Made by a program: the position numbers and the translations under genes. Below the pieces are notes generated by a model. It saw nothing but the letters and a program-made list of their open reading frames with translations, was not told the DNA's origin and made no database searches. A stretch of 64,000 bases of DNA from NCBI GenBank assembly GCA_003427395.1, contig BFEA01000027.1, forward strand, positions 838,550 through 902,549. The letters run 5' to 3'. This DNA comes from Chara braunii. Lineage: Eukaryota > Plantae > Charophyceae. Positions 1 to 13,837 of the stretch are shown here, in pieces (position 1 is the stretch's first letter; each line of letters opens with the position of its first letter).

Positions 1-240
1 TAGATCACTCTACACTTGAACAAAGGGGTGTGGCGTTACCATGGTGTGTCTCCTGTGTACAGGCCTTTCCTAGTAGAAAATTCAGAGAAACAATAGAACA
101 CATTTTTTTGCAATGTCCAGACTCTGTTTTGATATGGCGCAGATGGGACTATGTGTGGCAAAGGATAACAGACTTGGAATGGCCATGGGACTGGAGAGCA
201 ATCCTTCTAGGATATTGGAATCCAGCATTGATTGAATTAA
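1..240 (+). mobile_element. L1/Tx1-type LINE ORF2 3' fragment (C-terminal CCHC/zf-RVT region)
   Basis: ORF 30-341 reads LPWCVSC..ETIEHIFLQC..WDWRAILL, homologous to the copies at 3840-4020 and 7020-7190. Confidence 0.8.
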
Positions 241-939
241 GTGCGCAGGTGAACAGGGATTCGAATAACATAGGAGGGACCATCCAAATCATCCCCAACT
301 ACATCCAAGACTTCCCAGGGACCGAAATACTGTGGCAATAGTTTACGAGAGATTTCGAATTCCCGCCCTAGTTCACTAGCCTTTACCCAAACACGTTCCC
401 CTACCTGAAATGTGGACGGTTGACAATCCTAGGGGCCCGGACTACCCGGATACTTACAACATGCAATACTACATATCCCCAGGCTTCGTTGTTATTACCA
501 CCAATTTCCCTCTCTTCCGCCTCCTCCTTCCCTATCACCAACTCACAATAGTACCGTGGAATTCCATAGCCCGCTATTGGCCCTGCACACCATGCGAAAA
601 CTGACAACGGTATCAGGCGTATCGAGACTCGGAAATTACTCGACAAACCCGAACCGGAGTCGAGCGGCGCCGACAACTGGTCGAACCGCATGATAGTCAT
701 CACGACCCACGGGTTCACTAGATGAGAAATCAACCACGCAGACGCGACATGCAAAGACGGTAATCCCGGACACGATCTTCGCGTGCCATCTTGCACCATG
801 GTCCCTAACTTGCCACCAGAGATCTCATCTCCGACCTGGGACTCCACCCCCACTTTCCTAAAATACTTGGCTCACCCCCTTTTTCGCACTTCTGGGCCCC
901 CATCCCACTCCGATCAGGAAGTCGCATTGGGCGTGAGGT

Positions 940-3900
940 TGGGCGTCACAGCACAGCGCCACGCGGAGGAAATAGACCTACAATATCGATTACAACAACT
1001 CCAACAGCAAGAAGATGACACCAGTAGCGACGTTGCCCGTCTAACAGAACTGGCCAACAAAATACAAACATTGGAAACCCGGATCCTGGGTCATATCAAG
1101 CACCGATGGCAAGGAATCAGGATCCGTGGTAAGCTCCACCGACACAAAATGGAGGGTGCAATGGCTGAGAGATTTTTTAGGATGGCTAGAACAAAAGTAG
1201 GTCAAACAACTATTGAGGCCCTGGAGGAACCCAACCAACAACGAGGACCGTTGTATACCTCAACAACGGAATGTACAAAAATAGCAAGGGACTTCTATCA
1301 AGACCTCTTCACATCTGAATGTGGGGACATACCACTAACGTTGAGGCTGGCGGAAATTGAGAACTTTTTGCGCCCTCTCACTCAAACACTTACAGACCAG
1401 TAGAGAGAAGTCTTGGAGATGCCCCTAACGAAGGAGGAGATATGGACAACATTAATGCTCATGGAAGAGGAAAAGACCCCGGGCATCGACGGTCTGCCAA
1501 AGGAATTTTGGGAATCGATGTGGGGGACCATCTCCCAGAACTTAATGAACTATTACCGAGCAATGTGGGAGACGGGTCAAATGGGAGAACATAGGTCAAG
1601 GGGTCCTGACATTGCTGTACAAAAAAGGAGCAAGTTCAAACATGAGGAACTATAGACCCATCACCCTTCTCACAGTAGTTTACAAGATGGTGGTAAAGGC
1701 ACTGGACAAACGCATGGTTAAGGTAATGGTGGATATTATCCACCCCGACCAGATCGGATTCATAAACGGCAGAAATATCCACGATAATATATTCCTGGTC
1801 AATGAGATGATTAAACTTGCACGACAATCTAAACACAATGCGGCAATTATTTTCATTGACTTCAAAAAAGCCTATGACCATGTTGACTGGACCTTTTTGG
1901 ACAAATGCCTGAAAAAACTAAACTTTGGACCTCATTTCAGGCGATGGGTGGAAATATTACACAAAAATGCTACAACCAGAGTCATGGTCAATCACAACCT
2001 TGCACCACCCATCTCTCTCCAGAGGTCCGTCCGACAAGGAGACCCGATAGCACATTTTCTGTTTGTGATAGTAATGGAAGCCTTGGCGGCGAATCTACAA
2101 GCACATAAAGACATCAAGAGAATCCAAGTCGCTTCAATCTCGGAGGAAGCAATACCGGTATGTTCGCTGTTCGATAATGACCTAACCCTGATGGTGGATG
2201 CGTCACACACATCGATGGCTGAAGTGCAACACATGATGGAAAAATTTTGCACACTCTCAGACATAAGAGTCAACTGGTGGAATAAAACCCTGGGATGGTG
2301 GATTCACCATCTAGGATTTCGGCCTCCGGAGCAGCCACGGGTTAAATGGGTACCCAACGAGGCCCCCATCCGGATCCTTGGGATTTCACTAACAGTAAAT
2401 GGTAGACCATCAGTGAACAATGAAGGACTGCTCAAATCACCGCTGGAAAAATTGATACAATGGAAGGACAAACACACTTCATTGATGGGGCGCTCCTTGG
2501 TGATAAACAATGTGGTGCTTGCTTCGCTGTGGTACAGATCGGTCATTTGGGCTCTAGATAAAACAGCCCTCCGCCCATTGCAACGATAGATAGCCGCATT
2601 CTTATGGAGGGGAGATCACAAAAAATACAAGGTGAGCAGTAGGGTTGCATGTCAATCCATAATCCAACCAAAAGTCAAAGAGCGTGTGGGCATAATTGAC
2701 CCAGCAATACAAACCAAAGCTTTGGCGTTACAATGGATCAAACGACTGTTGTTTTGCCCTGGCATTCCATGGAAGGGGCTGACCCTGGAACAAATTGCAC
2801 GACTGGCCCCCGAAACAACATCGGATAGCAGTTCTCTAACATGGTTAAAAAATAGAGGTTGGCCAATACCGAGAGGGCACTTCAGCCAACATAACCTGAT
2901 CTCCCCAAGGGATCTGGCGGGAAAGGATCTGCGAAAAGACCCCTTCTGACCATCTCTTCTGAGGACATGGAGGAACCTCCCTCTGCCTGACAAAACCCAA
3001 TCGGAGTGATGGGAGGAGGTATTACGACAACCCCTTTTTTAGAACAAGAGAACTGACAGGAGGGGACAGGTCCTTCACTGTACGGATTCCCCCTGACGTG
3101 TATAGGTGAAAAGGGAGTACTCATAATAAACGATATCTAGGACACAACCACAATGGATTGGATCGACTGGGACCTGCTTAAACAACAAATGAGACATAGC
3201 CATAGATCGAAAGTTACACTCGAGGTCATAATAGAGTGGATTCCCCTGAGCTGCTGGAAAATCCTCAAAAAGGGACCCGTTTTGCAGGAATCCGACTGAG
3301 TGCAAATCCCGAGCAGTCAGGGACAGGTAGGCAATGTGGTGTGTTGCAGTCCCAAAGGTCCGGTGGTCGTTGATATATTTAAATTGGGCAGTGACAACAT
3401 CTTACATAGGCCCGTTCCCGAAGAAAGAAGATTTTTCCAAAACAAGGAACCGTCGCGAATCAGAGTGTAGGAAAATAGAGATAAATGGATGGCCTTCCTC
3501 CCAAGCACCCCGATCACTCAACTGTCGTTAGACCCAATGGAGTGGACATGGACTTTTCCCTCCGGAAGGGGCAAGACATGTATCAAAAAATTACACAGTA
3601 TAACAGTCAAATCAACATACAGATTACTCTGTCCCGCGACTAATCTACAGGACCAGGTTGAGGCTAGATGGATGAAGCACCTGAACATTAGCAAGGAATC
3701 ACTTCGGAGAGTCAAATGGTTCCAACTAGTTAAGATGAAACCTGCGAAACTGGCCTCCCTCCAACGGCAGGTAGAACATCGTTGCCTACCAATGAATGAC
3801 TGGCTAATAGACAAGATATCCTTGGAACAAAGTGGGCGGGCCCTGCCTTGGTGCAAACTTTGCTCTGATTCCTTCCCATCCAGGAAAAAGCCAGAAACAA

Positions 3901-4210
3901 TAGAACATATCTTCCTGCAATGTCCAGGAGCAATCTGGCTCTGGTGCTGGTGGGACAGGATCGAGGACCAACTTGAAGTAACGACATCCTGACCATGGGA
4001 TTGGAGAGCATTGCTACTAGAAACATGGCCTGTAGACCAAGTGGACAACTTCACCCACAACATCGTTAAATTGGGACGTAGGGCGGTGCTATGGGCGCTC
4101 TGGAGACGCCGTTACACATGCGAGATGGAAAGGGTGAGACTGGAAGGCCCCAAATTCACTGAAACCATACAATAACAAATCCAAACAGAGATAGCAACTC
4201 ACTGAGAAGA
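940..4210 (+). mobile_element. Degenerate L1/Tx1 LINE ORF2 (RT + zf-RVT), with stops and frameshifts
   Basis: KTPGIDGLP, NYRPITLL, Q.GFI.GR.I.DNI, IDFKKAYD.VDW, VRQGDP, decayed LFADD (LFDND), and C-terminal CKLC..ETIEHIFLQC. Confidence 0.93.
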
Positions 4211-4929
4211 TGTTAAAGCCCAAATTCGCCACACACATACACAACAAGACACAGACCAAAAAGTACAGGACTTATGTGCAAGACGGCTCGGGGGAAAAAA
4301 GGGGGGAAAGATTGGGAAGGTGGAAAGGAATACAAGGAGGAACCAAGAGGAGGAAGGGTTGAGTAAAGACTATCGGCTGTGTTTCCACGAGTGGACCAAG
4401 GTGGACTCCTCAATTCCAATGAGAACAACAGATGACTTCCCTGACCTTTCTCCCCCCCGACCAATAACCTGGTGGATTTGAGATGGTACGGGAGGTAGAG
4501 GGGAGCAGGGAGGAATGAGCGTGTAGCAGCAAGTATCTGCCACCCGACTTTGTTCTCCCCCTCCCCCTTTGTCCCTTTTTTTCATGCCCTTCTCAATGCT
4601 GGCAGGAATCCCCCTCAATTGGTTCTCTAGTATACTCTAAATTCAGTCATTATCAGACATTATAAGGGATTGACTATTGGGACTGTTTTTTTTTTCCTTT
4701 TTTTTTTTNTTTTTTTTAAACATGCTCCAATCTATTCGTGGGGAGCAGCACGTCCTGGGAATCGGGCCCAGCGTCCCATATGAAGACATATACAAAACAA
4801 TTTATGAACCAATTGAGGTACCGGGGCCATTTACCCGGTTTCAGCTTTGAGAGTATCCTCCAAGATCGTGAACAAGCTACTGAACTTCGGGATAGATGAT
4901 GAGGTGTGTATGCCACAATTTTTTTATGG

Positions 4930-6720
4930 GGCCAAACTAGATTGTGGGCTTTGGTGTGTTCTGGAGAGTTCGTGATACCTGGAGACAGATAAGATCCAGC
5001 CAATGCCTCCCACCCACCCCCGTAGTTTTTTCTAACACCGCCTTCCGTTTCTGCGGGCCTGCTGAGGCCAACCCATTGACATTGAGGGTAAGCAGGTCCA
5101 AATCCGCCACATGTGCTGCCCTGCTCCATGTCTTATCCTTACCATAAAAGACCTGTAGTTCGCCTCTGCCTGGGCCGGACTTCCAATCTCGTGTTTGCTG
5201 CTGCTGTGTCCCAGGTTCAGGTATGTTCATGACTCTCCAGTCTCACCCAACTTACCTTGTGTAGGATGGAGGGAATCTGGAGGATATTGTGCCTAAGGAG
5301 TGAGCGTAGACAGTGCTCGACGTCCTCGGTACTCCAGAGAGGGCTGTTGCGAATTCTCGACTGATGCACTTCCATAAGTTCCGCGTGTGATAGCCAAATC
5401 AAACCCGATTACTTGTGTTCTTGAAATCGGGCGAAGGCTACTCTTTGAGCCATGTGTGTTGTTCCCTCCCTAGACACCCATGTAGCCTCGACCCCGGGAT
5501 TGTACTATGTCGTCATAAACTCTCACAGTCAAATTGAAGAACCTTCTTCTCAACACTATCATAACCCTGATAGGATGACCACCCCTTCAAGGTCGCCCCT
5601 TTTTGTTGCCCGTTTCCTGACGGGGAGAGGCCCACCTCCCAGGTGCCTTTATTTTTCCTTACTGGGACAAAATGGATTCCTTTCGAAGACATGGTCCCGC
5701 ACCCCCCCCCCCTGCTTCAAGCATTGTCTCAATCGACGTCTCTTGGTTGGCTCGGTTTCCTACAATAGTCCCTTTTCTGGTTTGGGATTCTCGGGTGGGG
5801 GCCTTCGTGGAGGTTGCGTACGCCAAGGTTCGGCCACTGTTGTGCCTGTATGTTTTGGAGTCTCCGTAGTTTTTCCTTGTTCCGGGCAATGAAGGGCTGA
5901 CCCTTGTTGCTTTTGACTGTCACCTCTTGCAGCTACTTTTTCATTTTCCTTCTCCTTCGTTTGAAAATCCCCCTCTACTTGTGTGCTGGGTCCTTCATTT
6001 GTGGATGGGGGAGGCAACAACTCTGCTACTTTGTGCAGCACCCGAAAACCGATTTCATGTCATGCTATTCTGGAGGGCAAACCCTCCGTTATTGCTTTCT
6101 TGAGGCTGGGGCTTCTATCCAGGAAAGGGAAGATGCTCAGATAAGTGGCGTCCCAGAAATCGTCCGTCAGCTGGCCATATCGGTCTTTCAGGCTATTCAG
6201 GAGCCAGTCCGCCAGGTGGATCAGTTTTTGCTCCACCAGGATTTGTTGCTCCTGCTGGACCTCCTCAGCTTCTGGCTCCGGGGCCTCTTCCATAATTATT
6301 TTCAGGGGGGGGTGTGGGAGGCCCTACATCCATTGGGGCGGGGCCGAAGGCTGCCTTGAAGGGGTCAGTATTGGGAAACGGCCCGGTCGGAGGACCTTCC
6401 CCTCCCTCCATTCTAGGATGAACATGCTGCTGTTCCTGCGTGTCGGATGCAGAGGCTGTATCGTTTTCTTTGCTCGGAGGATGCTATGTCCCTTGCCCCT
6501 TCTCTTCTTCCCCCGCGTGCCCTTGCTTCTTCGCAGCTTGGGGTGTTCGCCCCCCTTCCTTTTCTTGTATATATTCCAGTGGAGACGGACCCGGAAGGGA
6601 GGGGCCTCTGGTGGCTTATATTGTTCCAGGGGCACTTTGGCTCTCCATTTCAGGTGTGCCTGCTCAAGCCCAGGTTCCTGTATAATCACCATGTTGTCTC
6701 TCCTCAACACAAGCGGTTAT
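4930..6720 (-). mobile_element. LINE 5' remnant: probable ORF1 pieces plus start of the APE endonuclease
   Basis: Minus ORF 4937-5230 contains LLTLNVNGL...DLICLQ (APE N-terminal motifs). The upstream fragmented ORFs are assigned to ORF1 by position only. Confidence 0.6.
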
Positions 6721-6759
6721 CGGGTAGCTGAAATTCAAGAATGAAAATTCTGAAGTAAG

Positions 6760-6870
6760 AGTTTTGGGCAATCTGAAAATCCTGAATGGTTCTGAAGTGG
6801 TGAAAGGTCCGAAGACCCTGAAAACCACATGTTTAGGCAGGCTGCATCCTGAAGTGGTGAAGGGTGTCCT
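6760..6870. repeat. ~110 bp dispersed hairpin-containing repeat, second locus at 10529-10775
   Basis: gttttgggca..ctgaatggt.ctgaagtggtgaaaggtccgaagaccctgaaaaccac..gcaggctgcatcctgaagtggtgaagggtgtcc is shared between the two loci. Confidence 0.85.
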
Positions 6871-6894
6871 TTTTTTTTTCTTTTTTTTTTTTTT

Positions 6895-8275
6895 AAGTTC
6901 GTTGTCACAAGGTCCAGGCCAGCGAAGATGGCCTCGCTGCAATGGCAGATAGAACATCGCTGCCTCCCCACAAATGACTAGCTTATAGATCGTACATATC
7001 TAGAGCAGAAGGGTCGGGCGCTACCGTGGTGCAGATCATGCCACACCGCCTTCCCCGCCCGCAAAATCCCGGAAACTATAGAACATATATTCATGCAATG
7101 TCCAGGCGCGGTGCTTACGTGGCGATGGTGGGACAGGATCTGGTCCAAGCTGGATACCGGCTCCAACTGGTCATGGGACTGGAGAGCCATACCTTGTGAA
7201 ACATGGTCCTCCCCCAGAGATAGTGTCTTTGAACATAATATGTTCAAATTGGGGAGGAGAGAAGTCATGTGGGCCCTCTGGGGAAAATGTTGCATCTACA
7301 CAATAGAGGGGGTCCGCATGGCCAGGGAAGAGGTAACAGACATGATAAAACAGTATATCCAGCAAGAACTCAGTGTACAGTGGCAAAAAGTTAAAAACCT
7401 GCTTGAGCTGTTTCATACATCAGATGACATATCACAAGCAATTCGGCAATTCTCCGGGGACTGGTTGGGCAATGAGAATGGGGGTTGGATCGCATTCATC
7501 CGATGGGACGTCAAGCCTGCCTAGGGTTGCCACCAAGAAGATTTCAGAAGAGATTACTCCATCGACTTCAGAGATTGGACTACAGTGGGACAGGAGACAC
7601 CACTACGACCACCCACAGACTTCCCCAACCCGTTTCACCACACCAACTGACGATGGCTGACATGCAATGGTATGGAGCAGAATGAGAAAAACATTCAACA
7701 CCGGTAAGGATCTGGAGCTGCCTGTTCAGCAGGTGGCAGCTGGAGATTGGCAGCAGGGGAAGAGCCGACTGGCAGGCACTTTCTCAGTTATCTGTGTTGT
7801 AAAAGAGATGAATTCAAGGGACGCTGGACCCGGTTTCCAGCAAAAAAAGGGACTGGGGCTCGTTGGCAAGGGTAGACATGCAATGGGATGGAGCGGTATG
7901 AGTGGGCCAGCGGCATCAATAGAAGGTATATCTCAAAGGTAGGGGGCTTGAGGAACCAGGGTGTAGCAGCAGGTATCTGGCGCCAGCTTCTGGGTGAAGA
8001 GGTTCGCCCCCCCCAACATCCTGCTCAGTCAATCCCTTGGACCCCAGGGTAATCAATGCTGGCAGGAACATTCCACATCTCCGTTTTTCTGATATGGTTC
8101 GAATTTTGCCCATGTAAGGGACGCTGGACCCGTTTTCCAGTAGGTGCCGCTCCCCACCAATAGATGGAGCTCCCCCCCAGGTGTTAGCAGTGTCTGCTCT
8201 TATCAGCACCGCTAACACGTGGGGAGCATCACGTGCTGCGACCCGGGCCCAGCGTCCCATATAATGGAAATACAT
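6895..8275 (+). mobile_element. 5'-truncated LINE: ORF2 C-terminus plus 3' UTR
   Basis: WQIEHRCLPTND, LPWCRSC..ETIEHIFMQC, same family as 940-4210. UTR blocks are shared with 4495-4795. Confidence 0.85.
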
Positions 8276-9341
8276 AGATGATTGATTATTGATGGAAATT
8301 TGGGATGATTGAGGATCATTTTGGATGATTTAGGATGTCAGAGTGGGTAATTGAGGTCATGAAATAGAGCTAGATGATGACTAATTAGAAAGATTGTCTA
8401 CTCATCACTGAATTACTATCCTATCCCTAATTTCCTGTATCCATTCCAAACAACCAATCACAATTGAGCCCGTGTTGTGCACCAATCAGGCCTCTTCCCG
8501 GTCTCACACCCCAATCTGGCTCGGTTACAGGGCAGCGCTACCCACCCCAGCTCCGACCATCGTCAGCCAGATTGTAGCCATTAGTCAAGTTTGCAGATTG
8601 CCTTCCTCCCTCGACAATTCCATACCTCTATACAAAGCCTCAAGCTCCTACATAAGCAGGTTACAGGGCACTGCCCCAACGCCGGCTAGCGTCGTTCTGG
8701 CGCCAACTCAACCTGGCCATTGCACAAGAAGACTCAATTAGGAAATTAGCAAATCCAGAATGCCAACCAGAAATCAAGGATCTTATAATATCATAATCCT
8801 GATCAGCAAAACTTTCTGATGATGAAATTTGATGAGTACCCTGAGATGATCACAAGATGATGGATAATGATGACGACGTTGATGATTATTTCTCTGCACC
8901 CCTCCCCTTCTTCCATGTATTCTCCTCCTCTCCCCTCATTTCCTTTTCTCTTCTCGCCGCCTCCACTGAGCCCAACCCCGCTATCACCATGAAGTTCCTA
9001 TCAGCCCCAACGAGAGAGAGAACCTCCCCATTCCCTTCTACCTTGAGGTAACTCGTTCCCCCAAAGGTGTACCTCAAAACTAACACTCTGACCTAGTCTG
9101 CCTCCGCTAGGAGATAATGCGCCCCCATACATATCTCCCAGCCCCATCCCAGGTCAGCTCCCATCATCTGCGTCTACTCCCTCGAGGGCAATCACCTCCC
9201 ACCTTGTGTTACCCTTGCGGAGTAGCGCTCCCTTCCTGACCAACCTACCTACCAACTAGACCATAGCCTATCTGGGAGATGATAATATAACCACCAACGC
9301 AGAGATAACTACTGATTGATGAAAAAATGAATAAAGAAACC

Positions 9342-9342
9342 G

Positions 9343-9383
<41 letters not shown>

Positions 9384-9387
9384 GGTA

Positions 9388-9416
<29 letters not shown>
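9342..9416. repeat. (GAT)n microsatellite in a GAT-rich tract
   Basis: Direct inspection. Confidence 0.95.
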
Positions 9417-9418
<2 letters not shown>

Positions 9419-10528
9419 TAAAATTGGCAAAAATAATTAAGGAACGTCGAACTTGCGATGCCCTAATGGCATCGGTGTGGAAGATTGACAACTCACTATT
9501 GCTGTAATGAAAATAGAAGATGACAATGATTACGATTTTTACATTGAAGTCCGGATGATGATCATGAAGAAGATGAAAAAAAGATAAATAACATGGATGA
9601 CGAATTAGAGAAGCCGATGATGATTACCACCGGTAACCAAATGAGGATTACAGAAATGACGGTGTCCTTGATGAAAAATCCCCGCTGAAATGACAATGCT
9701 GAAAAACTCGATGCTCTTGATGGATAACCTGCACAAGACAAAAAACAGACGAAAGCACATATATAGGTTGATGACGACCTCCTAGCCGCTCTCTTGATGA
9801 TACTCTCCCAGTGGCACTGTGATGATTTTTCAAGTAGGACCAACGTTCTCCGCACTTTGGTCTCCACGGGGATGACTCCACTTTCCTCCACCGACATCGA
9901 CTTTCGTCAACTCGCATGAGCTCTCCAACCTCTTTAAAGGTCTTGGCTATGGAGTACTTCATGTGAAAAACACAGGGAAAATGTTCAAACAATAGTTGCC
10001 GCTACCGTTCTCTCTTTTCCTCTGTGCTTCAGGCCAAATGCCACGTCAACCTGTGATGTAGTAATGACCCAGCGCCTCTGGATACCGTGCGTGCGTCAAG
10101 CGCTATTTTTCACAACATCACAGCACCCTTGCACTAGCGCCTCCCTCCCGTCAGCTGCCAGCACCGCGCCATGTGTCAGCTAGCATCTTACTAGTCACCC
10201 CAAGCCAGCGCCTCGCCAGCCACAAGTCACCAGCGCCCCACCACTCACCTGTTGCCAGCGCCTCGCCCCCCGCCAGCAGCCAGCGCCTCGCTGCACTCAC
10301 ACTGCCAGCGTCTCGCCACTTGCGAGAAGCCAGCGCCTCGCAACCTGTGAGAAGCCAGCGCCCCGCCACCTCCGACCAGCCTGCGCCTCGCCTACAAGCA
10401 ACCAGCATGCCACCATCCGCGTGCCGCGGCGGCCCGCCAGCCGTAGCGCTAGCGCTAACGTGCGCCAACCTTCGGCCAACAGCGAAGCAGCCGCCCGGGC
10501 TGCGGTGACCTAAAGTGGTCAAGTGAGA

Positions 10529-10775
10529 GTTTTGGGCAGTTTGAAAATCTTGAATGGTCCTGAAGTGGTAAAAGGTCCGAAGACCATGAAAACCACCCTT
10601 CACCACTTGAGGATCCAGCCTGCCTAAACAAGTGGTTTTCAGGGTCTTCGGAGCTTTCACCACTTCAGGACCATTCAGGATTTTCAGACCTGAATGGTCA
10701 TGAAGTGGTGAAAGGTCCGAAAACCCTGAAAACCACCTGTGCAGGCTGCATCCTGAAGTGGTGAAGGGTGTCCTG
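10529..10775. repeat. Forward-inverted-forward array of the 6760 repeat
   Basis: Forward ~10529-10596, inverted ~10597-10688, forward ~10689-10773. Confidence 0.85.
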
Positions 10776-11559
10776 AAGTGGTGATGAAAAATACTACTGT
10801 TGTTAACCTTCTCTCGTGTCCACCGGAGGACCGAGGCGTAACAACCAGTGACTTCCCACCTTTTCCCGTTTGATTGGGAAGATGACCACCCCTGGGGGCA
10901 TGACTACTGGTGCATTGTCGTCTTCTTGTAGCCTCACTACCTCTCGCAGTTTTTTCGGGGGGGGCTCCAAGTGACGGTCATCATCTGACTGTATCTGGTT
11001 TTCATCTTCGTCATCGTGGATGATTTCAGTCACCCTGCTTCGAACCCCGAAGGGACCATCAGGAGGTGGGCTTGGTTGCCTTTCCAAAAACCTAGTTGAA
11101 GCCTCTGGCGGTGTGGCCTTGTGAGATCCTCCGTGACCACTATCCTTTCCGTCTCCGGTGGTATGGTCGAACTGAGGTGTGGACAAGCGGGTATGGGATC
11201 TTGGGGGGAGTGCTATCAGATCCCTTATCGGTTGTTGCTGCCCGTCGTCCCCGGGCCGTTCTTGAATGGTGTGCAGCGTGATACAAAGTTCGTGAACCAG
11301 TATTTTGGGCCAGGCAAAACCCTCGTGGAGGAAGGCTTCCCCTGCATCTTCTAGGAGTGGCTGGGAGTTATCTTCTGGTTTCCCTTCAAATCGAGCCTTA
11401 GCGTAGTTGTCGATCTTGTCAAGGAAGTCATCCACCACCAGCACAATTGCAGCTTCTACATCCATCCAGTCAATTGCTGAGACTGTCTTGCGTTTATCAA
11501 CCGTGACCAGGACTCTGGGGCTATACATTAGGACTCATTTAGCTTCCCCCCAATATCTG

Positions 11560-11815
11560 TTGTTTAGTTTGTTGCCCAGGTTGTCTTCTGACATGGAGAA
11601 TATCTTGGTGAGGGTCCATTCTGTAAGGAATGCCAATTTTTGTTGGACTTCCACATTGGGCGGCAGGTTGTGTCCTGCAGGTGCGTTTCTTGGATGCAGA
11701 TTGCATCTGGCCATGTCCCCGTTGCCGGGCATTTGATCACATTCAAAATTGCTTCCTTTTTCTCTGCTGATGCTTGAATAAGTCCATTGACATTAAGGGA
11801 GGGAATGTCTATGTC
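11560..11815 (-). mobile_element. LINE APE endonuclease N-terminal fragment
   Basis: Minus strand reads SLNVNGL and, after a frameshift, PDAICIQETHL. Confidence 0.65.
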
Positions 11816-12257
11816 TGCCTGGGCTAGTTTGATGCCCCATTGGGGTGGCCTCTTGACTCGAGGGAAGACCCGGGGGGGTGGCGGACATTGACGGGGCGGG
11901 GGAGGGGGGGGAAGGGTGGTTTGGGAGTGACAGAGTGATTGCTCATGACCCCCCGTTGGGGTCGTTAGCTAGGGGGGAGAGTTAGGAGGCTGCCTTACTG
12001 CATGGTCCGAGAATTGGAGGGCCGCAGCAGTAAACTGTGTACTGCTGCTTGCTGCCGCGCCATTCGGTAGGAGTGGGTCCATCACTTCTATCCTTACTTC
12101 CTGGTTTCCAGCCCTTCAAGGCATCACCTTGATGGGGAGTACAGACTGTCAAAACATCCTGACTTTCTCTGAAAAAAAAAAAAAAAAAAAAAACATCCTG
12201 AATCTTTTCTGTCTAGACATAGTGGCTGCAACATTACAACACCCACCCCCTTGTCCA

Positions 12258-13652
12258 GTTGATGTAGCTCAGTGGTTAGAGCAGCGGTTGGAAATGCGCG
12301 GGTTCAAAACTCCGCAGCCTCGCGCATGGACACCGGCAGGGCGTTAGAATGACGCACGGCTGGACACACACTCCCCTGGGCTGACGCATGGTACTATTAC
12401 AGACACTCCCTGCGCACCACCCAGGGGGTCAGTCCATGGGTGTTGTATGCTGGTCTAGTCTTCACGTTGGGTGCTGGTTGTTGTTGGCTTCGGTCGCTCT
12501 GATGATCTCCCCCAGTCCAGACACTACACACATTATATCCACTTCTCACGGTAGTACAAGTGGTAGAACCCTCCAGTTTCATACTGTGGGTCACAGGTTC
12601 GAGTCCGGTTCTGGACTTTTGGGGGGTCCTGTCCACATAGACATGTCTCTACCACATACACACACAATGAGATACTACCCCAGATAGCACAATCCATACA
12701 CACATACCATACATACATATATAGCTCAAGGTACACACACACATACATGTACTAGTGGAGGTGGCATCAATTCAGAACACAGCACATAAGATAGGGCATT
12801 GTAGTTACACAACACAGGGTGTGGGTTCGAGTCTGGCTAGAGACTTTGGGGCGGTTTCTTGCACAGACCGGTCCACCATTCATATGACAATACAACCCTA
12901 CACACATATATACACACATATATATACAGAACACAATTCGGGCTTGGTGGGGGTCCGGACTACTGCTGGGGTTGGCTGGGATCAAGGCTTCGCGCTTGTC
13001 CCTGTCCAGCCTCAGTATCTAGAACCATGGCATATACACATACATGACTGGGGGTAGGCTGGGGTTTTCAAGGCTTCGCGCTTGTCCTTGCCTGGCCTCG
13101 GTATCGAGAACCATGGATAACACACAGATAGCACGTACACACATGACTGGGGCTGGCTGGGGCTCAAGGCTTCGCGCTTGGCCCTGTCCAGCCTCAGTAT
13201 CTGACATCTGTAGAAAGGAGAAACATGCCAGGATACATATATATAGTATACACATGCCAGAATGGGGGTTGGTAGGAAGAAGCAGATATAATACTAGAGC
13301 CTGGCGACCGATGCACCCGAGTAACGTGGCTTGCTTGACTGTGCCTCAACCGGGGCTGGGAGGGGCTCAAGGCTTCGCGCTTGGTCCAGCCTAGCCCCGG
13401 TGCCTAGAACTACTGTCTGGTCCAAGTCACCTCCATGGTGATAGTCCTGAGTAGTAATACTAAGGAAGGATGGTAGGGATAGGGGTGCGCTAGCAGAATT
13501 GCCGAGAGGATGGGTAAGGAGGTGGTCTTACGGTGAATAAGAGAATGTCAGGACAGCCAATAGCTGTGTCGGCGACCCCGTGTGTCCGGAGTCCGGTCTC
13601 TACAACAACCAGGGCTTTATTTACCAAAAAAAAAAAAAAAAAAAAAAAAAAG
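12258..13652 (+). mobile_element. Composite tRNA-headed poly(A) retroposon (SINE-like)
   Basis: Pol III A/B-box heads at ~12258-12315 (tagctcagtggttagagc..ggttcaaa), ~12545-12616 and ~12820. Four tcaaggcttcgcgcttg repeats, then a 3' module and A-tail at 13626-13652. Confidence 0.6.
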
Positions 13653-13837
13653 AGCACCTCTCACCAGTACTCAGTAATCACTTCACGGATGCTCCATGGT
13701 GGGGAGCAGCATACAAAAACCATACATTTGAGAGAACCCTCCAGAGTACATACACACATACACAACCATAGGGTTGGCACATACACAACCATAGGGTTGG
13801 CACATACACAACCATAGGGTTGAGAGGAGGTCACATC

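Noticed and set aside
12545-12616. Functional tRNA (Met-CAT or TCA suppressor/Sec reading)
   Set aside because: Acceptor and anticodon stems pair poorly, and it sits in a repeat with other decayed heads
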